From an uncultured Chloroflexia bacterium (GTDB lineage Bacteria > Chloroflexota > Limnocylindria > Limnocylindrales > CSP1-4), in contig CAWEYL010000004.1 in assembly GCA_963813335.1 (NCBI GenBank), forward strand, positions 64,001 to 128,000: a stretch of 64,000 nt of DNA, given 5' to 3'. The position numbers were made by a program, and so were the translations under genes. The notes under the pieces are model-generated. The model was not told where the DNA came from, did not search any database, and was given only the letters and a program-made list of their open reading frames with translations. Shown piece after piece: positions 9,081 through 17,731 of the stretch. Every line of letters starts with the position of its first letter. The first letter of the stretch is position 1.

Positions 9081-9669
9081 ATGATCGACCCGATCGCGGA
9101 CATCATCGGCGACTACCGGGCTTTCGCCGCGCAGCAGCGCGACCGCCTGCTCGCCCGGGGCATCGATATCCGTCCGTACCTGCTCAGCCACCTCGCCGTC
9201 CGCGTGCCGGAGTGGGACCAGTACGTCCACCTGCGGACCCTGCTCGAACGCCACGCGACCGCGAACGCCGAGAACGTCTGGAACGGCCGGCCGATCTCGA
9301 AGATCCTCCTCGCCACGCCGCTCGAGGTCCTCGACGGGATGTCCGTCCCGCTCATCGAGCTTATCCCGCCCGTTCACCAGCGCGTCTACAAGATGGGCCT
9401 CGAGCATCTCGGGGTCGTCGTCGGTGAGGAGGTCGACGCCTTCTCCCGCGAGCATCGCGCGGCCCTGACCGGACAGCAGTTCCAGAGCGCCGGCTTCGAG
9501 CCGTACTACGTCCTCTTCGAGGACTTCACCCACGTGAAGTTCTACCGGATGCTCGCTCCATGATGGCTGCGTCCTCCAGGGGGCCACGTTCGACGGCTTC
9601 GTACACGTCGACGACTGGGTCCCGCAGCGCCTCGTGACGGCGACCGGCCCCAACCCGCTGCCCCGGTGA
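9081..9669 (+). CDS. YecM-like VOC family protein; one apparent frameshift near 9553
   Basis: SHLAVRV, NVWNGRPISKI, IELIPP, GLEHLGVVV and VKFY motifs; removing one base continues the frame as SLHDGCVLQGATFDGFVHVDDWVPQRL..* at 9669. Confidence 0.72.
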
Positions 9670-9706
9670 ACGAGCCTCCCGCCGTCGTACGCGGACTGAC
9701 CGAACA

Positions 9707-9776
9707 GCCCGCCGTCCCGAAGATGGCGGGCGTTCCCCGGAATCGAACGGCCCCGGATCGTCGATCCGGGGCCGTT
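9707..9776. terminator. Two GC-rich hairpins between convergent genes
   Basis: gcccgccgtc/gatggcgggc (9707-9731) and aacggccccggatc/gatccggggccgtt (9746-9776). Confidence 0.6.
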
Positions 9777-9798
9777 TCCGTTCGGGGAGGTTCGAGCC

Positions 9799-10311
9799 TC
9801 AGTACCCGTACCTGCCGCCCGAGCTCGGAGCTGGCGCCGGGGCAGAGGCGTCGGGCACGAGACCGGACCCACTGACCGTCGCGATCGAGAAGCCCTCGAC
9901 ACCGTTGCCGGTCGCGTCGCCGGCCTTCGTGTCGCCCTGCCAGTAGTAGAGCGGCAGGCCGCCGTACGTGACCTGGGTCGCACCATCCGGGCGGGTCAGG
10001 GTACCGAGCTGACCGGTGACTCCGGCCCGTGCCGTCGGCTGGCCCGTGGTTTCAAGGGGTGGCCAGGCGGTGGCGCAGCTGCCGGTGCAGCTCGACGAGG
10101 TCGCCGTATCCCCCGCGTGGGTGTACAGCGTCATCCCGCTCGGGCCGGTCAGGACCACGCCAAGGCTTGGTGAGCTGGCGGAACCGACGATGACCCCGGC
10201 GTTGCTCAAGGTGCCGCCACCGAGGGCGCTGGGACTGGCGGCATTCGACGTGCACGCGGCGACGGCGATGACGGCCGCGGCGAGAAGGGAAAGAAGGCGA
10301 GTGACAGACAT
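9799..10311 (-). CDS. Secreted lipoprotein with Yx(FWY)xxD repeats (COG4315-like)
   Basis: Lipobox VAAC; GMTLYTHAGD, CTGSCATAWPP and QVTYGGLPLYYWQGD. Confidence 0.85.
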   Translation of the reverse strand: MSVTRLLSLLAAAVIAVAACTSNAASPSALGGGTLSNAGVIVGSASSPSLGVVLTGPSGMTLYTHAGDTATSSSCTGSCATAWPPLETTGQPTARAGVTGQLGTLTRPDGATQVTYGGLPLYYWQGDTKAGDATGNGVEGFSIATVSGSGLVPDASAPAPAPSSGGRYGY

Positions 10312-10404
10312 TCGCGAAACTCCGAGATAGGCGAGTGAGCCGACCGTGGCTCACATACTCGAAGTACGCGGCATGCCAGGGCAGTGGTTTTGGGCGATCG
10401 CGTG

Positions 10405-10607
10405 GCCGAGTATCTGACCGACGGACTGGCTTGCATCGTCGAGGTGGAGCATCGCGAAGCGAAGGTCGGCGGGAGTGGGGACCTTTGCCGATCGACTTGC
10501 GCGTGACGACCGTCCTTCGACCGGAGGACGGGACCTGGAAGATCGCTCACCGCCACGCCGATCCGATCACGTCGGCTCGTTCGGCGGCTTCGGTCATCGA
10601 GCGATAG
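10405..10607 (+). pseudogene. 3' fragment of a SnoaL/NTF2-like (DUF4440-type) gene
   Basis: Two frames join as AEYLTDGLACIVEVEHREAKVGG..PIDLRVTTVLRPEDGTWKIAHRHADP; the N-terminal half is missing. Confidence 0.65.
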
Positions 10608-10619
10608 CTTCGACGTCAC

Positions 10620-11645
10620 TCACGGCACGAGCACGGCCCGACCGCGCACCGTCCGCGCGTGGAGCCTCTCGTACGCCCTCGGACCGTCTTCGAGGCTGAA
10701 CTGCTCCGTCTCGACGGTGATGGCGCCGGACCGCGCGAGGTCGAGCACCTCGTACAGCTCCGGGCGGGTCCCCCAGACGGGGCGGCGGACGGTGATCCCA
10801 CTTGGAAGCGTGTCGGCGCCGACCGGGATCGCGCCCGGGCCGAGGCCGACCATGGCGATGTCGGACCATCGGCCGACCAGCTTCGCCGCCAGCTCGGCGG
10901 CCTCTTGCAGTCCCACGAAGTTGAAGACCGCTTCAACGCCTCGGCCACCGGTGAGGTCGCGCACGGCCTGGATCGATGAGGTGTCGGCGTAGAACGCGGC
11001 GTGAGCGCCGACCTCGCGAGCGAAGGCGAGCTTGTCCTCGCTGATGTCGAGCGCGACGATCTGCGCTGGCGAGAGTGCCCTGAGGATCTGGATCGCGAGG
11101 TGGCCTAGACCGCCCACGCCGATGACGACCGCCGTCGAGCCCGGGACGAGCTTGGGAAGCGATGGCTTGATCGCGTGGTAGGGCGTGAGCCCGGCGTCAG
11201 TGAGCGGGACGGACCGGACCGGGTCGAGGTTTCCGAGCGGAACGAGATGCCGCGCGCTTGGCACGAGCAGGTAGTCGGCCATGAACCCGGGAGCATCGAT
11301 GCCGGGCCACGGGGAGCCTTCGCCGATGCAGTAGTTTTCGGCGCCTGCGGCGCATGCGCGACAGGAGCCACAGCCCCAGGCGCCATAGATCGCGACTGCG
11401 TCGCCTTCCCTGATGCCGGTGACCGCACTGCCGAGTCGCTCCACGATGCCAGCGCCTTCGTGTCCGAGCGTCAACGGCAACGGGGTCGCGAACTCCTCGG
11501 GCGCGAGGCTCATGAAGTACTCGTCCGAGTGGCAGACGCCCGCCGCAGTCGTCTTGATCAGGACCTCACCGGGTCCCGGCTCCGGGATCGGTACCTCGCG
11601 GATCTCTGGAGGACGTCCGAACGCCGTGTACTGCAGCGCCCGCAT
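10620..11645 (-). CDS. Zn-dependent NAD(P) alcohol dehydrogenase
   Basis: GVCHSD, GHEGAG, CGSCRACAAGAENYC, DAGLTPYH and GVGGLG motifs. Confidence 0.93.
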   Translation of the reverse strand: MRALQYTAFGRPPEIREVPIPEPGPGEVLIKTTAAGVCHSDEYFMSLAPEEFATPLPLTLGHEGAGIVERLGSAVTGIREGDAVAIYGAWGCGSCRACAAGAENYCIGEGSPWPGIDAPGFMADYLLVPSARHLVPLGNLDPVRSVPLTDAGLTPYHAIKPSLPKLVPGSTAVVIGVGGLGHLAIQILRALSPAQIVALDISEDKLAFAREVGAHAAFYADTSSIQAVRDLTGGRGVEAVFNFVGLQEAAELAAKLVGRWSDIAMVGLGPGAIPVGADTLPSGITVRRPVWGTRPELYEVLDLARSGAITVETEQFSLEDGPRAYERLHARTVRGRAVLVP

Positions 11646-11801
11646 CTGTCTTCTCCTCTCTCGCGACCGATCCGAGAGTACACGCCTCGATCGGTCAGAT
11701 ACTCGTCACCCGGTCACGTGCGGATCCGGGCGTTGCCACCCGCGACGCCCAGGTGGCATCCTCCCGGATGGGGGAACCGGCTCGACGGCTGAGGGCTGGC
11801 G

Positions 11802-12464
11802 ATGGATCGATCCGATCCGGCATATCGAGGGCAGGCCGACTACAGCCCGCTCTTGCTCAAGCTCTACGATCCGATCGTCATCGGTGTCGTCTCCCGGCTG
11901 GTATGGAGGTTTCCGCCCGATCGGCTGCCGGATGAGTACCAGGCCCGGATCCGGGATCGCCACCTCGACGTCGGTCCCGGCACGGGGTACCTGATCGACC
12001 ACTCGGGGATCCCTGACGGCCGCCACGTCACCATCGTCGACCCGAACCCGAACGTGCTCCGGCACGCGACGAAGCGACTCCGCCGGCTCGACGTCACAGC
12101 CGTCGAGGCGGACGTCCTGAAGCCACTGCCTGTGGACGGCCCCTTCGACTCGGCGGCCCTCTGCCTCGTCATCCACTGCCTGCCCGGTCCCCTGGCCCGG
12201 AAGGCCACTGCGATCGCCAATATCGCGGCGGTCCTCGCGCCGGACGGCGTCCTCTTCGGTGCATCCGTGCTCGGGCGGTCCGGGCGGCACACCTGGCTCG
12301 GTCGCCGGGTCCTCGCCGCGTTCAACCGGCGCGGCGCCTTCGACAACCTCGATGACAGCGCGGAAGGTCTCCGCGAGATCCTCGCAGCCTCCTTCGAGCG
12401 CGTGGAGATGGAGACGTTCAGGTCAGTCGTCGTCTTCGCCGCGTCGAGACCGCGGGCTGGGTAG
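11802..12464 (+). CDS. Class I SAM-dependent methyltransferase
   Basis: HLDVGPGTG motif I, FDSAAL, IHCLPGP and LAPDGVLFG. Confidence 0.85.
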   Translation: MDRSDPAYRGQADYSPLLLKLYDPIVIGVVSRLVWRFPPDRLPDEYQARIRDRHLDVGPGTGYLIDHSGIPDGRHVTIVDPNPNVLRHATKRLRRLDVTAVEADVLKPLPVDGPFDSAALCLVIHCLPGPLARKATAIANIAAVLAPDGVLFGASVLGRSGRHTWLGRRVLAAFNRRGAFDNLDDSAEGLREILAASFERVEMETFRSVVVFAASRPRAG

Positions 12465-12565
12465 CCTGTGGGTCGTCACGGCGGGCAGGACGTCGACCTC
12501 GGCGAGGCTGACAGGCTCGTGACTTCAGCGACGGGGCCCGCTACGCTTGCCTCGGAGGTGCCACG

Positions 12566-12814
12566 ATGACGGTCCAACGGGCCTTGGAAGAGGCCATGCA
12601 CCATGAGACCTCGGCCGGCGTGATGGACGCGCTCGTCCAACAGGGCGTGTGGATGGCCGACGAGGACACGATGACGGCGGCGATCCACAACGTGTACTGC
12701 GGCATCATGGCCGACCACGAGCACCCGAACGAGAAGGATCGCGATCAGGCCCGACAGTTGATCGCCGCCATCGGGAAGTCGATGGGGACCGGCGCCGGGG
12801 CAGCGAGCGACTGA
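12566..12814 (+). CDS. Small hypothetical protein with a possible His/Cys metal site
   Basis: GGAGG SD, upstream TACGCT box, and HNVYCG..DHEHP motif. Confidence 0.65.
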   Translation: MTVQRALEEAMHHETSAGVMDALVQQGVWMADEDTMTAAIHNVYCGIMADHEHPNEKDRDQARQLIAAIGKSMGTGAGAASD

Positions 12815-12848
12815 CGCCGGCGACGGTCCGCCGCTCGTGCCGCCGCGG

Positions 12849-13535
12849 TCATCCGGCGGAGGCGGCGTCCGTCAGGTCCCGATCCTGCATCTCCCACGCG
12901 TGGTCGAGCGCGTGGTACGCCGTGTGGCGAAGCAGGTACGGGATCGTCCAGTTGCCGAGCGGCTTGCCGTCGGCATACCAGGCGCGCATCGCATCGACGT
13001 AGCGGTCGCGGTGATGGGCAAGGCCGCCCGGCGTCCGCAGGTCCTCCAGCTCGGACGGCATCTTCACGCGCGCCGAGAAGTCTCCGCCCTCGACCCCCAG
13101 CACATGCTGGACGATCCGGTCGCGGGAGCGGCCACCGCCGCGGACGCCCAGGCGCAGCTCCGCCGAGACGCGCGCGGCCGTCTCGTCGAACTCGGCCCAC
13201 GCCGCGCGCAGCAGGCGCACCTGGCGGTCGAAGGTCGGCGCATCGAACGGCTCGCGGTCGAGCGGTGATGGCGCGAACGAGATGCCCCAGAAGTCGGTCG
13301 AGCCGACTCCCGGGTAGCGGCCGATGATGTCGGGGGCGGTCTGCGTCGCGAGCTCCGCGCCCAGCCGGGCGCGCTTCGCGACGGGGAGGTAGCGAGGCAC
13401 GTAGCGGACGACCTTCTCGACCGCCTCGTCCTCCGTCTTGCCACCCCGTTCGAGACCCGGCCAGTCCGCAGCGACGGCGACCCAACGCTTCCCTCTCGTG
13501 GGCTGTTCGACGAGGACGCGAAGCTGCGACGTCAC
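12849..13535 (-). CDS. Hypothetical protein: HicB-like N-terminus plus DinB-like helical C-terminus
   Basis: GTG 13535 with TACGAT 6 nt upstream; WVAVAADWPGLERGGKTEDEA; C-terminal RHTAYHALDHAWEMQD. Confidence 0.7.
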   Translation of the reverse strand: MTSQLRVLVEQPTRGKRWVAVAADWPGLERGGKTEDEAVEKVVRYVPRYLPVAKRARLGAELATQTAPDIIGRYPGVGSTDFWGISFAPSPLDREPFDAPTFDRQVRLLRAAWAEFDETAARVSAELRLGVRGGGRSRDRIVQHVLGVEGGDFSARVKMPSELEDLRTPGGLAHHRDRYVDAMRAWYADGKPLGNWTIPYLLRHTAYHALDHAWEMQDRDLTDAASAG

Positions 13536-13582
13536 CGGCTCATCGTAGCGATACGTGGACGAGCCTCCACCCTGCACACGAA

Positions 13583-13653
13583 GAGACCCTCCCGACGCCG
13601 GGAGGGTCTCCGTCATGTCTCGAAGGTGCGGCCCCGTCATCGAGACGGGGCCG
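13583..13653 (-). terminator. Tandem hairpins downstream of the DUF1269/HhH gene
   Basis: gagaccctcccg/cgggagggtctc (13583-13610) and cggccccgtc/gacggggccg (13629-13653). Confidence 0.65.
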
Positions 13654-13663
13654 TCGTCGGACG

Positions 13664-14845
13664 CTACTTGCGGTTGTTGTAGCTCGCGAGGCCGGACCAG
13701 TCTCCGCGCACAGCGTAGGACGCCTGGGTCGGCCAGGAGTCGAGGCTCGACGGTGGCAGGGCCCCGCCCGCCGCGATGATCTTGCGCAGCTCCGATGGGT
13801 CGGTGTGCTCGAGCTGTGCGTACGTGGTGACGCCGCCGACGGACAGGATCGTGGAGATCCGCGGCCCGATCCCGTTGAGCTGCGTCAGGTCGTCGGGCGG
13901 CGCGGCCTTGGCGGGCTTGGCCGCCTTCGACTTCGTCGCGCCGCGCTTGCTCGACGCGGTCGCCTTCTTGTTGTACTTCATCAGGCCTTGCCAGTCGCCG
14001 CTCGCGGCGTAGCTCGCCTGCTGCGGCCACGTCCCGACGTTGGCAGGGGGCGCCATGTCCGCGGCGTGGAGCGCATGCCGGACCTCTGGCTCGTTCGCGT
14101 CGGCCAGCGCGGCGTAGGTGGTGATGCCCGCGGCCGCCAGGGCCGCGCTCGCCTTCGGCCCGATGCCGGCGAGCTGCGTCAGGTCTTCCGGAGCCGCCGC
14201 GACCGGTGCCGGTGCGGGGGCCTCGGCCGGCGCAGCCTCGGCCGGCGCCGGAGCCTCCGCCGGAGCCTCCTCGGGGACCTCGACTTCGTAGTCGGCAACG
14301 ACCTCGTCGCCGCCAAGCGCCTCGACCGCCGGATCGACGAGCGCCTGGAGCGCGACGGCCGTCTTGGCAGGCAGCGTGTTCGAGATCAGGAGGGCCTTTT
14401 CGCCCGCGATGGCCTGTTGGATCATGCCGATCGATGCGGCCCAATTCCCTTCATACAGGATGAAGACGGCGCTCTTTCCCTTGGTGAGCTCCTTGGTGAC
14501 CTGGCGCATGAACTTGTCGTCGATCCCGATGTCGTGCAAGCGGTTGCGAAGGCCATTCAGGACACCGCCAGCCGCGCCGCCGACGACCGCGCCGGCCGGG
14601 CCCAGCAGGATGGCGCCGGCGATGACACCGACGCTGGCACCACGGACGGTGCCCTTCGCGCCGCCGAGGTCCTTGGTCTGATGGACCTTGACCCGGAACC
14701 TGGTCCGGTCGGCGATGGCGGCATCGACGATCTTGACGTTGGGGTCGACGTCATCGATCTCCTGGATCCGCTTCAGGAATTGCCGTGACGCCTTGCCCGA
14801 GTCCATCACGAACGCGGCGAGGGTCTGTCCGTAGTCTTCGCTCAT
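13664..14845 (-). CDS. DUF1269-like glycine-zipper protein fused to two helix-hairpin-helix repeats
   Basis: GVIAGAILLGPAGAVVGGAAGG..DIGIDDKFM; EAPA linker; repeats DLTQLAGIGP..GITTYAAL and DLTQLNGIGP..GVTTYAQL. Confidence 0.75.
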   Translation of the reverse strand: MSEDYGQTLAAFVMDSGKASRQFLKRIQEIDDVDPNVKIVDAAIADRTRFRVKVHQTKDLGGAKGTVRGASVGVIAGAILLGPAGAVVGGAAGGVLNGLRNRLHDIGIDDKFMRQVTKELTKGKSAVFILYEGNWAASIGMIQQAIAGEKALLISNTLPAKTAVALQALVDPAVEALGGDEVVADYEVEVPEEAPAEAPAPAEAAPAEAPAPAPVAAAPEDLTQLAGIGPKASAALAAAGITTYAALADANEPEVRHALHAADMAPPANVGTWPQQASYAASGDWQGLMKYNKKATASSKRGATKSKAAKPAKAAPPDDLTQLNGIGPRISTILSVGGVTTYAQLEHTDPSELRKIIAAGGALPPSSLDSWPTQASYAVRGDWSGLASYNNRK

Positions 14846-15169
14846 CGATCCAGTCTCCTCTCATCAGGGACGGTGGCTGCCACAGCCGTGGCCATATGAG
14901 CCGTCGGACCTCGTCATCCGGGTCGCGGTCGACGAGGGCGGTGGGGGGTCGGTCACGGCGGGACCATGCCGTCCGCGGTGCGGAGGCGCCCATCGACGAC
15001 CAGTGACCGATCCTTCAGACACCTCCTCCCGGGAGCCTGCCGGATCGGCCCTCTCTGGGGTGTGCGAGGGGCCTCGACCTGTTTCCCGGCAGTCGCCCGA
15101 CGATGCTAGGCCTCGGCGGCCCGTCACGCAACTTGGAAAGGGGCTGGACGACGCCGATGCCCGTGTCGG

Positions 15170-15313
15170 CCGACCCAGGATTCGAGTGCATGCCCGGGTG
15201 GGATCTCGTAGGCGTCTCCCGCCACGATGTCCAGGTCGGTCCCCTCGTCCATCATGACGCGCAGGTGCCCGGTCATGAGGTACCCGACGTGGCGGTTCTG
15301 GCACGATGTCTCG
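15170..15313 (-). pseudogene. Cupin gene fragment
   Basis: SCQNRHVGYLMTGHLRVMMDEGTDLDIVAGDAYEIPPGH; no N-terminus and a decayed C-terminus. Confidence 0.6.
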
Positions 15314-15349
15314 CCGCGGGAGCGACCGCGATAGAGCACGGAGGTGGTC

Positions 15350-15739
15350 ATGGGCATCCTGAACGACAACCCGATGTTCCCGATCCTGCTGTCGTTGGAT
15401 CTCGATGCCAGTCGCACCTTCTATCACCACGTCCTGGGACTCGACATCCTCCGCGAGGACGCCGGCGATCGGATCGTCTTCCTCGGCGGCGGCGGGACGC
15501 AGCTTGCGGTGACTGCCAGCACGGTCGGCACCGCAGACACGCAGACCCAGGTGGCCTGGCGCGTCCCGGATATCCACGCTGCGGTCGCTGAGCTCAGGGA
15601 ACGCGGCGTGCGCGTCGAAGCCTACGTCGCACCCGATCCGGTCACGGTGGACGGCGTCGCGGACATGGGCCACTCGTGGGCGGCGTGGTTCATCGATCCC
15701 AGCGGAAACGTCCTCGCGGTCGTCCAGCCGAAGGGTTGA
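15350..15739 (+). CDS. VOC/glyoxalase family protein
   Basis: DLDASRTFYHHVLGL, AWRVPDI and WFIDPSGNVL; GGAGG SD. Confidence 0.85.
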   Translation: MGILNDNPMFPILLSLDLDASRTFYHHVLGLDILREDAGDRIVFLGGGGTQLAVTASTVGTADTQTQVAWRVPDIHAAVAELRERGVRVEAYVAPDPVTVDGVADMGHSWAAWFIDPSGNVLAVVQPKG

Positions 15740-15809
15740 CCCGGCCGGACTCACCGGTGCTTCATCCGGGCGTCACATGCCCCGAAGCTCGGGATGCTAC
15801 GTTGCTGCG

Positions 15810-16487
15810 ATGACAGACATCGAGGACCCGTTTCCGCCGGCGGTGGATGCGCCCGCCGGCGAACGCTACCTCCTGCTCGCCGACATCTCCGGCTATACCG
15901 GCTTCATGACCGGCGTCGAGAACGAGCACGGCGCCGACTTCAGCGCGGGGATCCCCGCAGCGTACGGCATCCTCGCCGGCCTGCTCGATTCGGTCGTCAC
16001 GGGGGTCGCGCCCGACTTCGACCTGGTCAAGCTCGAAGGCGATGCCGTCTTCGCGGTCGCGCCGGCGGCCCGCCTGGACGGCCGCGGAGACCGCGTCCTC
16101 GAGCGCCTCGAGACCACATACCAGGCGTTCGTCGAGAGCCGGACGCGGGCCATCCCCGCGCACGACCACATCTGCGTCGCCTGCCCCGCGGTCGCCGACC
16201 TCGACCTCAAGGTGGTCCTCCATCGCGGCCACACCGTGCGCCAGACGGTCGGGTCCAGCAGCGACCTGCTCGGCCCGGCCGTGACCGTCGCCCACCGCCT
16301 GCTCAAGAACACCGTCCGCGACCGCATCGGGTACCGGCCCTATCTCTTGCTGACGGAGCCTGCGGCCACCGAGCTCGGCCTCCCCGACATCGGCCTGGCC
16401 CACCACGAGGACTACGCCGACGCCGGGCCGATCGACGGCCGGGTGGTGGAGCTCGGCGGACCCTCTGGCGAGCCCGGTCCGCGCTAG
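15810..16487 (+). CDS. DUF2652 (class III nucleotide cyclase-like) protein
   Basis: LLLADISGYTGF, KLEGDAVF, CxAC, LDLKVVLHRG and HRLLKN; TACGTT 6 nt before ATG 15810. Confidence 0.8.
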   Translation: MTDIEDPFPPAVDAPAGERYLLLADISGYTGFMTGVENEHGADFSAGIPAAYGILAGLLDSVVTGVAPDFDLVKLEGDAVFAVAPAARLDGRGDRVLERLETTYQAFVESRTRAIPAHDHICVACPAVADLDLKVVLHRGHTVRQTVGSSSDLLGPAVTVAHRLLKNTVRDRIGYRPYLLLTEPAATELGLPDIGLAHHEDYADAGPIDGRVVELGGPSGEPGPR

Positions 16488-16915
16488 GCGGACCCGGTCC
16501 GGTCGACCCTGAAGACCGGGTGGTCGTCGGCGGCCGGCCGCCGGTCGAAGTCCCGGCGGAATGGCCCGGGGAGCCTCGCGCGGTAGGCCGCGATCGCGGC
16601 GTCTCGTTCCGGGCCGGCGATCTCGGTCGCGATGAAGGTTCCCGGCCGGCCCTTCCGACGCAGTCCGCAACTCGTCGACGCGCGCAGGTTGCGCACCCAA
16701 TGTGACGTGCCCGCGAACGAGACGACGTACTGCCTCCCCTCGACCTCGACCGGGACCACGGTCACCCGCACCGGCGCGCCGGTCCGCCGGCCGGTGACCT
16801 GGAGCTCCGAGCTGATCCCTACCCGCAGCCACACCGGGTTGGCGACGCGTCGGACGAGGGCGACCGTCCGGGTCGGCGGGAGCGCGACGATGACGGCGGG
16901 TCGGGGCTCGTCCAT
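16484..16915 (-). CDS. Deazaflavin (F420)-dependent nitroreductase family protein
   Basis: LQVTGRRTG, WVRNLRA and HPVFRV motifs. Confidence 0.78.
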   Translation of the reverse strand: MDEPRPAVIVALPPTRTVALVRRVANPVWLRVGISSELQVTGRRTGAPVRVTVVPVEVEGRQYVVSFAGTSHWVRNLRASTSCGLRRKGRPGTFIATEIAGPERDAAIAAYRARLPGPFRRDFDRRPAADDHPVFRVDRTGSA

Positions 16916-17002
16916 GGCCCTGTCTCCGTGTGGCTATGTCGCGCCACGATATATCTGGGTCGATCGCCGGTCAATGGCTCGCGACGCTTGACCTCTGGCC
17001 CG

Positions 17003-17201
17003 CCCGCGACCCGGCACGATGCTCATCCACAGAACGCTATGGCCGATCCGTGGACGCGGATCGCCCGGGATCCAGGGTCCGCGAGACGTGGCACACGGGA
17101 GTCCACGCACGGATCCGCCGGCATCGGGCAGCAGATCCGGTGGCGACGGTCCGGAGACCGGCCATAACGTTCTGCCTGTGAGCATCCGGCCAGGTCGAGG
17201 G
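17003..17201. repeat. About 200 bp element bounded by long imperfect inverted repeats (MITE-like element or structured RNA)
   Basis: 17018-17045 gatgctcatccacagaacgctatggccg vs reverse complement of 17159-17186 gatgctcacaggcagaacgttatggccg (23/28 by eye), with partial extension outward and internal hairpins. Confidence 0.6.
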
Positions 17202-17330
17202 TTGCCGGCACCGGCGCTCGCCGCAACCCGGCCACGGTGCACCCGAAAACCGACCGACACGATCCCGTCGTACCAGACGTCACGGGGTGATTCCCCCGTC
17301 CCATCCCCCAACGATCCAAGGAGATCACGC

Positions 17331-17579
17331 ATGCCCACGTACATGGACGTCCACGACCTGCCCGGGGTCAAGGCCGACGCCGTCGCCGTCGCCCACGAAG
17401 CCGACCTTCGCGTCCAGGGCGCGTACGGCGTCGACTACAAGCAGTACTGGGTCGACGAGCAGGCCGGCAAGGTGTTCTGCCTCGTCGATGCGCCCGATCG
17501 CGAGACCGCCACGCGGGTACATCGTGAAGCCCACGGCCTCGAGGCCCACACGCTCCACGAGGTGACCCAGGGCGCCTAG
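17331..17579 (+). CDS. DUF4242 / SCO4226 family nickel-binding protein
   Basis: MPTYMDVH..AHEADL..YWVDEQAGKVFCLVDAP..VHREAHG; AAGGAG SD. Confidence 0.85.
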   Translation: MPTYMDVHDLPGVKADAVAVAHEADLRVQGAYGVDYKQYWVDEQAGKVFCLVDAPDRETATRVHREAHGLEAHTLHEVTQGA

Positions 17580-17731
17580 CCCACGCCCGACCGGATCGGC
17601 GTGCGCCCAGCGCGCGTCGTCCGGTCTCGCATTCCCACCGGACAGGACTTCCGAGGGATACGACGACCCGCTCTCGACGCCGACCATAGCCGTGACCCTC
17701 CCCGCACGTGGGTCCGGATCCGGGTGGGACG

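Noticed and set aside
12849-13535. HicAB toxin-antitoxin system
   Set aside because: Only a HicB-like N-terminal resemblance is present, and no adjacent HicA-like gene is recognisable.
17023-17031. DnaA-box-like tcatccaca
   Set aside because: It is a single imperfect match with no box cluster or origin genes nearby.
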